In this document: piece after piece, positions 12,001 through 24,345 of the stretch | Position numbering within the stretch: position 1 is the first letter of the stretch | Layout: each line of letters opens with the position of its first letter | Origin: Eledone cirrhosa | Taxonomy: Eukaryota | DNA length: 64,000 bases | Assembly: GCA_964016885.1 (NCBI GenBank) | Contig: OZ024740.1 | Coordinates: 293,942,001 to 294,006,000 of the forward strand | Direction of reading: 5' to 3' | Translations under genes and position numbers: made by a program | The notes under the pieces: generated by a model | Told to the model about the DNA's origin: nothing | What the model saw: only the letters and a program-made list of their open reading frames with translations | Databases searched by the model: none

Positions 12001-14690
12001 TTTATGGGGTGGTCCGTTTTTTATTTGGGGTCCCCGTTTTTTATTTGGGTGCCCCGTTCTTTTATGGGGGGTCCGTTTTTTATTTGGGTGCACCGTTATT
12101 TTATTTGGGTGCCCCGTTTTTTATGGGGAGGTCCGTTCTTTATTTGGGTGCCCCGTTTTTTATTTGAGTGCCCCGTTTTTTTATGGGGAGGTCCGTTTTT
12201 TATTTGAGTGCCCAGTTTTTTCTTATGAGGGGAGGGGCGTTTTTTATTAGGGTGCCCCGTTCTTTATTTGGGTGCCCCGTTTTATATTTGGTTGCCCCGT
12301 TTTTTTATTTGGGTGCCCCGTTTTTTTATTTGGGTGCCCCGTTTTTTTATTTGGGGCCCCGTTTTTATTGGGGGGTCCGTTTTTTATTTGGGTGCCCCGA
12401 TTTTTATTTGGGTGCCCCGTTTTTATATGGCGGTGGTCCGTGTTTTATTTGGATGCCCCGTTTTTTAATGGGGGCTCCGTTTTTTATTTGGGTGCATCGT
12501 TTTTTTATGGGGGTCCGTTTTTTATTTGTGTACCCAGTTTTTTATTTGGGTGCCCCGTTTTTTATGGGGGGGTCCGTTTTTTATGGCGGTCCGTTTTTTA
12601 TAGGGAGGTCCGTGTTTTATCTGGTGTCCCGGTTTTTTAGGGGGGGGGGCGTTTTTTATTAGGGTGTCACGTTTTTTAATGGGGGTTCCGTTTTTTATTT
12701 GGGTGCCCCGTTTTTTATTTGGTTGCCCCGTTATTTTATGGGGGGTCCTTTTTTTATATGGGTGCCCCGTTTTATTATGGGGGTCCTTTCTTATTTGGAT
12801 GCACCGTTCTTTATGAGGGCGTCCGTTTTTTATTTGGGTGCTCCGTTTTTTTATGTCGTGGTCCGTTTTTTATTAGGTTGTCCCGTTTTTTAATGGGGGT
12901 TCCGTTTTTTATTTGGGTGCCCCGTTTTTTTATGGGGGGGTCGTTTTTTTATTTGGGTGCCCCGTTTTTTTATGGGGGTCCGTTCTTTATTTGGTGCCCC
13001 GTTTTTTTATGGGGGGTCTTTTTTTATTTGGGTGCCCCGTTTTTTATGGGTGGTCCTTTTTTTATTTGGGTGTCCCGTTTTTTATGAGGGGGTCCGTTTT
13101 TATTTGGGTGCCACAATATTTTATGAGGGGTCGGGTTTTTATGTGGGAGGTCCGTTTTTTATTTGGGTCCCCGGCTTCTTATTTGGGTGCACCGTTTTTT
13201 TATGGGGTGGTCCGTTTTTTATTTGGGTGCCCCGTTTTTTATTTGGGTGCCCCGTTCTTTTATGGGGGGGTCCGTTTTTTATTTGGGTGCCCCGTTATTT
13301 TATTTGGGTGCCCCGTTTTTTATGGGGGTCCGTTCTTTATTTGGGTGCCCCGTTTTTTATTTGAGTGCCCAGTTTTTTTATGAGGGGGGGGCGTTTTTTA
13401 TTAGGGTGTCCCGTTTTTTAATGGGGCGGTCCGTTTTTATTTGGGTGACCCGTTTTTTTATGGGGGAGACGTTTTTTATTTGGGTGCCCCATTTTTTATG
13501 GGGTGGGGTCCGTTTTTTATGGGGGGTCCGTTTTTTATTTGGGTGTCCCGTTTTTTATTTGGGTGCGCCGTTTTATATTTGGTTGCCCCGTTCTTTATTT
13601 GGGTGCCCCGTTTTTTTAAGGGGGGGTCTTTTTTTATTTGGGTGCCCCGTTTTTTATGAGGGTGTCCGTTTTTTATTTGGGTGCCACAATTTTTTATGAG
13701 GGGGGTCGGTTTTTTATGGGGGAGGTCCGTTTTTTATTTGGGTCCCTGTTTATTTATTTGGGCACCCGGTTTTTTATTTGGGTGCACCGTTTATTTATGG
13801 GGGTCCGTTTTTTATTTGGGTGCCCTGTTTTTTATTTGGGTGCCCCGTTCTTCACTTGGGTGCCCCGTTTTTTTATGGCCGGTCCGTTTTTTAATTGGGT
13901 GCCCCGTTTTTTATGGGAAGGTCCATTTTTTATTTGGGTGTCCTGGTTTTTGATGGGGGGGTCCGTTTTTTATTTGGGTACCCCGTCATTTTATTTGGGG
14001 TCCGTTTTTTATGGGAGTCCGTTTTTTATTTGGGTATCCCGTTTTTTTATGGGGAGTCCGTTTTTTAATTGGATGACCCGTTTTTTTATGGGGAGGTCCG
14101 TTTTTTATTAGGATGTCCCGTTTTTTAATGGTGGTTCCGTTTTTTATTTGGGTGCCCCGTTATTTTATTTGGGTGCCCCCTTTTTTAATGGGGGTCGGTT
14201 TTTTATTTGGGTGCTCCGTTTTTTTATGGGGTTCCGTTCTTTATTTGGGTGTCCCGTTTTTTATTTGGGTGCCCCGTTATTTATTTGTGTGCCCCGTTTT
14301 TTATTGGGGGGTTCTGTTTTTTTTTGGGAGCCCAGTTTTTTATTTGAGTGCACCTTTTTTAATTTGGGTGCCCCGTTCTTTTATTTGGGTGCCAGCTTTT
14401 TATTTGGGGGAGGTCCGTTTTATTTCGGTGCCCTGTTTTTTATTTGAGTGCCCCGTTTTTTATTTGGGTGCACCGTTTTTTTATTGGGGTGCCCCGTTGT
14501 TTAATTGGGTGCCCGTTTTTATTGGGGGTCCGGTTTTTATTTGGGTGCTCCGTTTTTTATTTGGGTGCCCCGTTTTTTTTATTTGGGTGCCCCGTTTTTT
14601 TATTTGAGTGCCCGTTTTTTATTGGGGGCGTCCGTGTTTTATTTGGGTGCCCCGTTTTTTTATTTGGGTGCCCCGTTTTTTAATTGGGGG
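1..14690. repeat. Satellite domain A, ~19-20 bp monomer, consensus about TTTTTTATTTGGGTGCCCCG, with variants TTTATGGGGGGTCCG and TTATTAGGGTGTCCCG; continues beyond the left edge
   Basis: Uninterrupted head-to-tail monomers, e.g. tttatttgggtgccccg repeated at 830-900; + strand T/G-rich throughout with no unique sequence. Confidence 0.97.
1421..6209. repeat. Dispersed ~660-bp near-identical duplication in domain A (1421-2084 and 5546-6209); window start 1-~430 also recurs from 6194
   Basis: Identical minus-strand ORF translations at 1564..1758 and 5689..5883 (offset 4125); rare word ggttctcagtt at 1431 and 5556. Confidence 0.9.
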
Positions 14691-15579
14691 CTCCGTTTTT
14701 TATTTGGGGGGATCCGTATTTTATTTGGGTGTCCATTTTTTATTTGGGGGTTCCGTTTTTTATTTGGATGTCCGTTTTTTATTTGGGGATCCATTTTTTA
14801 TTTGGGTGTCGTTTTTTATTTGGGGATCCATTTTACTTGGGTATACGTTTTTTATTTGGGGGATACGTTTTTCATTTGGTGGGGGTTCGTTTTTTATTTT
14901 GGCGTTTATTTTTTATTTGGGGATCCGTTTTACTTGGGTGTCCGTTTTTTATTTTGGGGGATCCGTTTTTATTTGGGTGTCCGTTTTTTATTTGGAGATT
15001 TGTTTTCTATTTGGGGAGATCCGTTTTGTATTTGGGTGTCCTTTTTTTATTTGGGGATCCGTTTTTTATTTGGGTGTACATTTTTTATTTCGGGGGGGGG
15101 GCGTTTTTTATTTGGGGGATCGGTTTTGTATTTGGGGGGTCCGTTTTTTATTTGGGGATTCGTTTTTTATTTGGGGTGGGGGGTCCGTTTTTTATTTGGG
15201 GGCGTCCGTTTTTTATTTGGGTGTACGTTTTTTATTTGGGGATCCTTTTTACATTTGGGCGGGGTCCGTTTTTATTTGGTAGTCCGTATTTTTATTTTGG
15301 AGGCTCCTTTTTTTATTTGGGGGATCCATTTTTTATTTGGGGGTCCGTTTTTTATTTGGGGGTCAGTTTTTTATTTGGGGATCCTTTTTTTTATTTGAAG
15401 GTCCATTTTTATTTGGGGTCATTTTTTATTTGGGGGGATCCGTTTTTTATTTGGGGGGGGCGTTTTTTATTTGAGTGTCCGTTTTATATTTGGGGGTCCG
15501 TTTTTTTATTTGAGGGTCCATTTTTTATTTGGGGTCATTTTTTATTTGGGGGGATCCGTTTTTTATTTGGGGGGCCGTT

Positions 15580-18500
15580 TTTTATTTGGGTGTCCGTTTT
15601 ATATTTGGGGGTCCGTTTTTTATTTTGGGGAGGTGGTCCGTTTCTTATTTGGGGGTCCGTTTTTTATTTGGGTGTCCGTTTTTTATTTGGGGTTGGGAGT
15701 CAGTTTTTTATTTGGGGGTCCATTTTTTATTTGGGGACCCGTTTTTTATTTGCGGGGGGCCGTTTTTTATTTGGGTGTATTTGTTTTTTATTTGGGGTCC
15801 GTTTTTCATTTGGTGTCAGTTTTTTATTTGGGTGTCCGTTTTTTATGTGGGGATCCGTTTTTTATTTGGCAATTCGTTTTTTAATTGGGGTGAGGGGCGT
15901 TTTTATTTGGGGTGGGGGGCCGTTTTTATTTGGGGGTGGTCCGTTTTTTATTTGGGGATCCAGTTTTTATTTGGGTGTCCGTTTTTTATTTGATTCACTT
16001 TTATTTGGGTGTCCGATTTTTATTTGGAAGAGGGGTCCGTTTTTTATTTGGGGGGATCCGTTTTTTATTTGGAGATTCGTTTTTTATTTGGGGTGGGGGC
16101 CGTTTTTTATTTGGCGGTGGTCCGTTTTTTATTTTGGTATCCGTTTTTGATTTGGGTGTCCGTTGTTTATTTGGAGATTTGTTTTCTATTTGGGGAGATC
16201 CGTTTTGTATTTGGGTGTCCTTTTTTTATTTGGGGATCCGTTTTTTATTTGGGTGTACATTTTTTATTTGGGGGGGGGGGGCGTTTTTTATTTGGGGGAT
16301 CGGTTTTGTATTTGGGGGGTCCGTTTTTTATTTGGGGATTCGCTTTTTATTTGGGGTGGGGGTCCGTTTTTTATTTGGGGGCGTCCGTTTTTTATTTGGG
16401 TGTACGTGTTTTATTTGGGGATCCTTTTTACATTTGGGCGGGGTCCGTTTTTTATTTGGTAGTCCGTATTTTTATTTTGGAGGCTCCTTTTTTTATTTGG
16501 GGGATCCATTTTTATTTCGGGGGTCCGTTTTGGGGGGGGGTCAGTTTTTTATTTGGGGATCCTTTTTTTTATTTGGGGTCATTTTTTATTTGGGGGGATC
16601 CGTTTTTTATTGGGGGGGGCGTTTTTTATTTGTGTGTCCGTTTTATATTTGGGGATCCGTTTTTTATTTTGCGGAGGTGGTCCGTTTCTTATTTGGGAGT
16701 CCGTTTTTTATTTGGGTGTCCGTTTTTTATTTGGGGTTGGGGGTCAGTTTTTTATTTGGGGGTGCATTTTTTTATTTGGGGACCCGTTTTTTATTTGCGG
16801 GGGGCCGTTTTTTATTTGGGTGGATCCGTTTTTTATTTGGGGTCCGTTTTTCATTTGGGGTTGGGGGTCAGTTTCTTTTGGGGTGTCCGTTTTTTATTTG
16901 GGGATCCGTTTTTTATTTGGAGGGATCCGTTTTTCATTTGTGTAAACGTTTTTTATTGGGGGGTGTCCGTTTTTTATTTGGGGATCCGTTTTTTATTTGT
17001 GTAAACGTTTTTTATTGGGGGTGTCCGTTTTTTATTTGTCGGCTGATCCGTTTTTTATTTGGAGTCCATTTTTTATCTGGGGGGGTCCGTTTTTTATTTG
17101 GGTGTCCATTTTTTATTCAGGGCGATCTGTTTTTTATTTGGAGATCCATTTTTTATTTGGGGATCCGTTTTTTATTTGGGCGATACGTTTTTCATTTGGG
17201 GGGTCCGTTTTTTTATTTGGGTGTCCATTTTTTATTTTGGAGGGGGTCCGTTTTTTATTTTGAGATTTGTCTTTTATTTGGGTAGATCCGTTTTTTATTT
17301 GGGTGTCCGTTTTTTATTTGGGTGTAGCTTTTTATTTGGTTATACATTTTTTGGTGGGTGTCCGTTTTTTATTTGGAAGAGGGGCGCGTTTTTTATTTGG
17401 GGGATCCGTTTTTTATTTGGCAATTCGTTTTTTAATTGGGGTGGGGGGCGTTTTTTATTTGGGGTGGGGGGGGGGCATTTTTATTTGGGATCCAGTTTTT
17501 ATTTGGGTGTAGTTTTTTATTTGATCCATTTTTATTTGGGTGTCCGATTTTTATTTGGCGGTGGTCCGTTTTTTATTTTGGCATCCGTTTTTGATTTGGG
17601 GGGATCCGTTTTTTATTTGTGTGTCCGTTGTTTATTTGGGGTTCGATTTTTTATTTGGGTGTCCTGTTTTTATTTGGGGATCCTTTATTTATTTGGGGTG
17701 GGGGATCCGTTTTTTATTTGGCGTGGGGGGTCATTTTTTCATTTGGGCTGATCCGTTTTTTATTTGGGCTCCATTTTTTATTTGGGGTCCGTTTTTTATT
17801 TGAGGGTCCATTTTTTATTTGGGGTCAGTTTTTTATTTGGTGGAGTGCGTTTTTTATTTGGGGGCTGATCCGTTTTTTATTTGGAGTCCATGTTTTAATT
17901 GGGGGTCCGTTTTTTATTTGGGGGAGAGTCCGTTTTTTGTATGGGGATCCGTCTTTTATTTGGGGGGGTCCGTTTTTTATTTGGGTGTCCGTTTTATATT
18001 TGGGGATCCGTTTTTTATTTGGGGGAAGGGGTCCGTTTTTTATTTGGGTGTCGGTTTTTTTATTTGGGGTTGGGGGTCAGTTTTTTATTTAGGTGTCCAT
18101 TTTTTATTTGGGCACCCGTTTTTTATTTGCGGGGGGCCGTTTTTTATTTGGGTGGATCCGTTTTTTATTTGGGGACCCGTTTTTATTTGGAGGGGTCCGT
18201 TTTTTATTTGGGGATCCGTTTTTTTATTTGAGGGTCAGTTTTTTATTTGTGGGGGTTTGTTTTTTATTTGGGTGTCCATTTTCTATTTGGGCACCCGTTT
18301 TTTATTTGCGGGGAGCCGTTTTTTATTTGGGTGGATCCGTTTTTTTATTTGGGGGTCCGTTTTTTATTTGGGGTTGGGAGGTCAGTTTTTTATTTGGGTG
18401 TCCGTTTTTTATTTGGGGATCCGTTTTTTATTTGGGGGGATCCGTTTTTTATTTGGTGGGGGTCCGTTTTTTATTTGGGAGTTTGTTTTTTTATTTTGGA

Positions 18501-21500
18501 AGCTCCTTTCTTTATTTGGGAGATCCTTTTTTGGGGGGGGCCGTTTTTATTTGGGGATCCGTTTTTTTATTTGAGGGTCAGTTTTTTATTTGGGGGGGGT
18601 CCGTTTTTTATTTGGAGTCCATTTTTTAATTGGGGGTCCGTTTTTTTATTTGGGGGGTCCGTTTTTTATTTGGGGGGATACGTTTTTTATATGGATGTCC
18701 AATTTTTATTTGGGGATCCATTTTTTATTTGGGTGTCGTTTTTTATTTGGAGATCCATTTTATTTGAGTATCCGTTTTTTATTTGGGGTATACGTTTTTC
18801 ATTTGGGGGGTCCGTTCTTTATTTGGGTGTCCATTTTTTATTTAAGAGGGGGTCCGTTTTTTATTTGGGGGGTACGTATTTTATTTTGGGGGATCCGTTT
18901 TTTATTTGGGTGTCCGTTGTTTTATTTGGAGATTTGTTTTTTATTTGGGGAGATCCGTTTTTATTTGGGTGTCTTCTTTTTGTTTGGGGATCCGTTTTTT
19001 ATTTGGAGGGGTCCGTTTTTTATTTGGGGATCCTTCTTTTTATTTGCGGGTCAGTTTTTTATTTGTGGGTATCCGTTTTCTATTTGTCGGCTGATCCGTT
19101 TTTTATTTGGAGTCCATTTTTTAATTGGGGTCCGTTTTTTATTTGGATGTCCATTTTTTATTTGGGGGGATCCGTTTTTTATTTGGATGTCCATTTTTTA
19201 TTTGGGGATCCATTTTTTGGGGGGGATACGTTTTTCATTTCGGGCGTCCGTTTTTTATTTGGGTGTCCATTTTTAATTTTGGAGGGGGTCCGTTTTTTAT
19301 TTGGGGGTCCGTATTTTATTTTGTGGGATCCGTTTTTTATTTGGATGTCCGTTTTTTATTTGAAGATTTGTTCTTTATTTGGGGAGATCCGTTTTTATTT
19401 GGGTGTCCTCTTTTTATTTGGGGATCCGTTTTTTATTTGGCAATTCGTTTTTTAATTGGGGTGGGGGCGTTTTTTATTTGGGGTGGGGGGGCGTTTTTAT
19501 TTGGGGGTGGTCCGTTTTTTATTTGGGATCCATTTTTTATTTGGGTGTAGTTTTTTATTTGATCCATTTTTATTTGGAGGAGTGGTCCGTTTTTTATTTG
19601 GGGGGATCCGTTTTTTATTTGTCGGCTGATCCGTTTTTAATTTGGAGTCCATTTTTTAATTGGGGGTCCGTTTTTTATTTGGTTATCCGTTTTTTATTTG
19701 GGGGGATCCGTTTTTTATTTGGTGTCCATTTTTTATTTGGGGATCCATTTTTTATTTGGGTGTAGTTTTTTATTTGGATGTCCGTTTTTTATTTGGGGGA
19801 GGGGGGCGTTTTTATTTGGATGTCCGTTTTTTATTTGGGGGATCCCTTTTTTATTTGGGGATCCATTTTTTATTTGGGTGTAGTTTTTTATTTGGGGATC
19901 CATTTTTATTTGGGTGTCCGTTTTATATTTGGGGGTCCGTTTTTTATTTTGGGGAGGTGGTCCGTTTCTTATTTGGGGGTCCGTTTTTTATTTGGGTGTC
20001 CGTTTTTTATTTGGGGTTGGGAGTCAGTTTTTTATTTGGGGGTCCATTTTTTATTTGGGGACCCGTTTTTTATTTGCGGGGGGCCGTTTTTTATTTGGGT
20101 GTATTTGTTTTTTATTTGGGGTCCGTTTTTCATTTGGGGTTGGGTGTCAGTTTTTTATTTGGGTGTCCGTTTTTTATGTGGGGATCCGTTTTTTATTTGG
20201 CAATTCGTTTTTTAATTGGGGTGAGGGGCGTTTTTATTTGGGGTGGGGGGCCGTTTTTATTTGGGGGTGGTCCGTTTTTTATTTGGGGATCCAGTTTTTA
20301 TTTGGGTGTAGTTTTTTATTTGATTCACTTTTATTTGGGTGTCCGATTTTTATTTGGAAGAGGGGTCCGTTTTTTATTTGGGGGGATCCGTTTTTTATTT
20401 GGAGATTCGTTTTTTATTTGGGGTGGGGGCCGTTTTTTATTTGGCGGTGGTCCGTTTTTTATTTTGGTATCCGTTTTTGATTTGGGTGTCCGTTGTTTAT
20501 TTGGAGATTTGTTTTCTATTTGGGGAGATCCGTTTTGTATTTGGGTGTCCTTTTTTTATTTGGGGATCCGTTTTTTATTTGGGTGTACATTTTTTATTTG
20601 GGGGGGGCGTTTTTTATTTGGGGGATCGGTTTTGTATTTGGGGGGTCCGTTTTTTATTTGGGGATTCGCTTTTTATTTGGGGTGGGGGTCCGTTTTTTAT
20701 TTGGGGGCGTCCGTTTTTTATTTGGGTGTACGTGTTTTATTTGGGGATCCTTTTTACATTTGGGCGGGGTCCGTTTTTTATTTGGTAGTCCGTATTTTTA
20801 TTTTGGAGGCTCCTTTTTTTATTTGGGGCATCCATTTTTATTTCGGGGGTCCGTTTTGGGGGGGGTTAGTTTTTTATTTGGGGATCCTTTTTTTATTTGG
20901 GGGGATCCGTTTTTTATTGGGGGGGGGCGTTTTTTATTTGTGTGTCCGTTTTATATTTGGGGATCCGTTTTTTATTTTGCGGAGGTGGTCCGTTTCTTAT
21001 TTGGGAGTCCGTTTTTTATTTGGGTGTCCGTTTTTTATTTGGGGTTGGGGGTCAGTTTTTTATTTGGGGGTGCATTTTTTTATTTGGGGACCCGTTTTTT
21101 ATTTGCGGGGGGCCGTTTTTTATTTGGGTGGATCCGTTTTTTATTTGGGGTCCGTTTTTCATTTGGGGTTGGGGGTCAGTTTTTTTTGGGGTGTCCGTTT
21201 TTTATTTGGGGATCCGTTTTTTATTTGGAGGGATCCGTTTTTCATTTGTGTAAACGTTTTTTATTTGTGTAAACGTTTTTTATTGGGGGGTGTCCGTTTT
21301 TTATTTGGGGATCCGTTTTTTATTTGTGTAAACGTTTTTTATTGGGGGGGTCCGTTTTTTATTTGGGGATCCGTTTTTTTATTTGAGGGTTAGTTTTTTA
21401 TTTGGGGGTGTCCGTTTTTTATTTTTCGGCTGATCCGTTTTTTATTTGGAGTCCATTTTTTATCTGGGGGGGTCCGTTTTTTATTTGGGTGTCCATTTTT

Positions 21501-24345
21501 TATTCAGGGCAATCTGTTTTTTATTTGGAGATCCATTTTTTATTTGGGGATCCGTTTTTTATTTGGGCGATACGTTTTTCATTTGGGGGGTCCGTTTTTT
21601 TATTTGGGTGTCCATTTTTTATTTTGGAGGGGGTCCGTTTTTTATTTTGAGATTTGTTTTTTATTTGGGTAGATCCGTTTTTTATTTGGGTGTCCGTTTT
21701 TTATTTGGGTGTAGCTTTTTATTTGGTTATACATTTTTTGGTGGGTGTCCGTTTTTTATTTGGAAGAGGGGCGCGTTTTTTATTTGGGGGATCCGTTTTT
21801 TATTTGGCAATTCGTTTTTTAATTGGGGTGGGGGGCGTTTTTTATTTGGGGTGGGGGGGGCATTTTTATTTGGGATCCAGTTTTTATTTGGGTGTAGTTT
21901 TTTATTTGATCCATTTTTATTTGGGTGTCCGATTTTTATTTGGCGGTGGTCCGTTTTTTATTTTGGCATCCGTTTTTGATTTGGGGGGATCCGTTTTTTA
22001 TTTGTGTGTCCGTTGTTTATTTGGGGTTCGATTTTTTATTTGGGTGTCCTGTTTTTATTTGGGGATCCTTTATTTATTTGGGGTGGGGGATCCGTTTTTT
22101 ATTTGGCGTGGGGGGTCATTTTTTCATTTGGGCTGATCCGTTTTTTATTTGGGCTCCATTTTTTATTTGGGGTCCGTTTTTTATTTGAGGGTCCATTTTT
22201 TATTTGGGGTCAGTTTTTTATTTGGTGGAGTGCGTTTTTTATTTGGGGGCTGATCCGTTTTTTATTTGGAGTCCATGTTTTAATTGGGGGTCCGTTTTTT
22301 ATTTGGGGGAGAGTCCGTTTTTTGTATGGGGATCCGTCTTTTATTTGGGGGGGTCCGTTTTTTATTTGGGTGTCCGTTTTATATTTGGGGATCCGTTTTT
22401 TATTTGGGGGAAGGGGTCCGTTTTTTATTTGGGTGTCGGTTTTTTTATTTGGGGTTGGGGGTCAGTTTTTTATTTAGGTGTCCATTTTTTATTTGGGCAC
22501 CCGTTTTTTATTTGCGGGGGGCCGTTTTTTATTTGGGTGGATCCGTTTTTTATTTGGGGACCCGTTTTTATTTGGAGGGGTCCGTTTTTTATTTGGGGAT
22601 CCGTTTTTTTATTTGAGGGTCAGTTTTTTATTTGTGGGGGTTTGTTTTTTATTTGGGTGTCCATTTTCTATTTGGGCACCCGTTTTTTATTTGCGGGGAG
22701 CCGTTTTTTATTTGGGTGGATCCGTTTTTTTATTTGGGGGTCCGTTTTTTATTTGGGGTTGGGAGGTCAGTTTTTTATTTGGGTGTCCGTTTTTTATTTG
22801 GGGATCCGTTTTTTATTTGGGGGGATCCGTTTTTTATTTGGTGGGGGTCCGTTTTTTATTTGGGAGTTTGTTTTTTTATTTTGGAAGCTCCTTTCTTTAT
22901 TTGGGAGATCCTTTTTTTGGGGGGGCCGTTTTTATTTGGGGATCCGTTTTTTTATTTGAGGGTCAGTTTTTTATTTGGGGGGGTCCGTTTTTTATTTGGA
23001 GTCCATTTTTTAATTGGGGGTCCGTTTTTTATTTGGGGGGTCCGTTTTTTATTTGAGGGGATACGTTTTTTATATGGATGTCCAATTTTTATTTGGGGAT
23101 CCATTTTTTATTTGGGTGTCGTTTTTTATTTGGGGATCCATTTTATTTGAGTATCCGTTTTTTATTTGGGGTATACGTTTTTCATTTGGGGGGTCCGTTC
23201 TTTATTTGGGTGTCCATTTTTTATTTAAGAGGGGGTCCGTTTTTTATTTGGGGGGTACGTATTTTATTTTGGGGGATCCGTTTTTTATTTGGGTGTCCGT
23301 TGTTTTATTTGGAGATTTGTTTTTTATTTGGGGAGATCCGTTTTTATTTGGGTGTCTTCTTTTTGTTTGGGGATCCGTTTTTTATTTGGAGGGGTCCGTT
23401 TTTTATTTGGGGATCCTTCTTTTTATTTGCGGGTCAGTTTTTTATTTGTGGGTATCCGTTTTCTATTTGTCGGCTGATCCGTTTTTTATTTGGAGTCCAT
23501 TTTTTAATTGGGGTCCGTTTTTTATTTGGATGTCCATTTTTTATTTGGGGGGATCCGTTTTTTATTTGGATGTCCATTTTTTATTTGGGGATCCATTTTT
23601 TGGGGGGGATACGTTTTTCATTTCGGGCGTCCGTTTTTTATTTGGGTGTCCATTTTTAATTTTGGAGGGGGTCCGTTTTTTATTTGGGGGTCCGTATTTT
23701 ATTTTGTGGGATCCGTTTTTTATTTGGATGTCCGTTTTTTATTTGAAGATTTGTTCTTTATTTGGAGAGATCCGTTTTTATTTGGGTGTCCTCTTTTTAT
23801 TTGGGGATCCGTTTTTTATTTGGAGGGGTCCGTTTTTTATTTGGGGATCCGTTTTTTATTTGGCAATTCGTTTTTTAATTGGGGTGGGGGCGTTTTTTAT
23901 TTGGGGTGGGGGGGGGCGTTTTTATTTGGGGGTGGTCCGTTTTTTATTTGGGATCCATTTTTTATTTGGGTGTAGTTTTTTATTTGATCCATTTTTATTT
24001 GGAGGAGTGGTCCGTTTTTTATTTGGGGGGATCCGTTTTTTATTTGTCGGCTGATCCGTTTTTAATTTGGAGTCCATTTTTTAATTGGGTGTCCGTTTTT
24101 TATTTGGTTATCCGTTTTTTATTTGGGGGGATCCGTTTTTTATTTGGTGTCCATTTTTTATTTGGGGATCCATTTTTTATTTGGGTGTAGTTTTTTATTT
24201 GGATGTCCGTTTTTTATTTGGGGGAGGGGGACGTTTTTATTTGGATGTCCGTTTTTTATTTGGGGGATCCCTTTTTTATTTGGGGATCCATTTTTTATTT
24301 GGGTGTAGTTTTTTATTTGGGGATCCATTTTTATTTGGGTGTCCG
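15580..24345. repeat. Tandem ~4.3-4.4 kb higher-order duplication (about 15580-19903 and 19904-24345)
   Basis: Matching ORF translations: 17540/21925 and 17619/22004 (offset 4385), 18906/23289 (4383), 16009/20339 (4330), 19698/24123 (4425). Confidence 0.92.
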
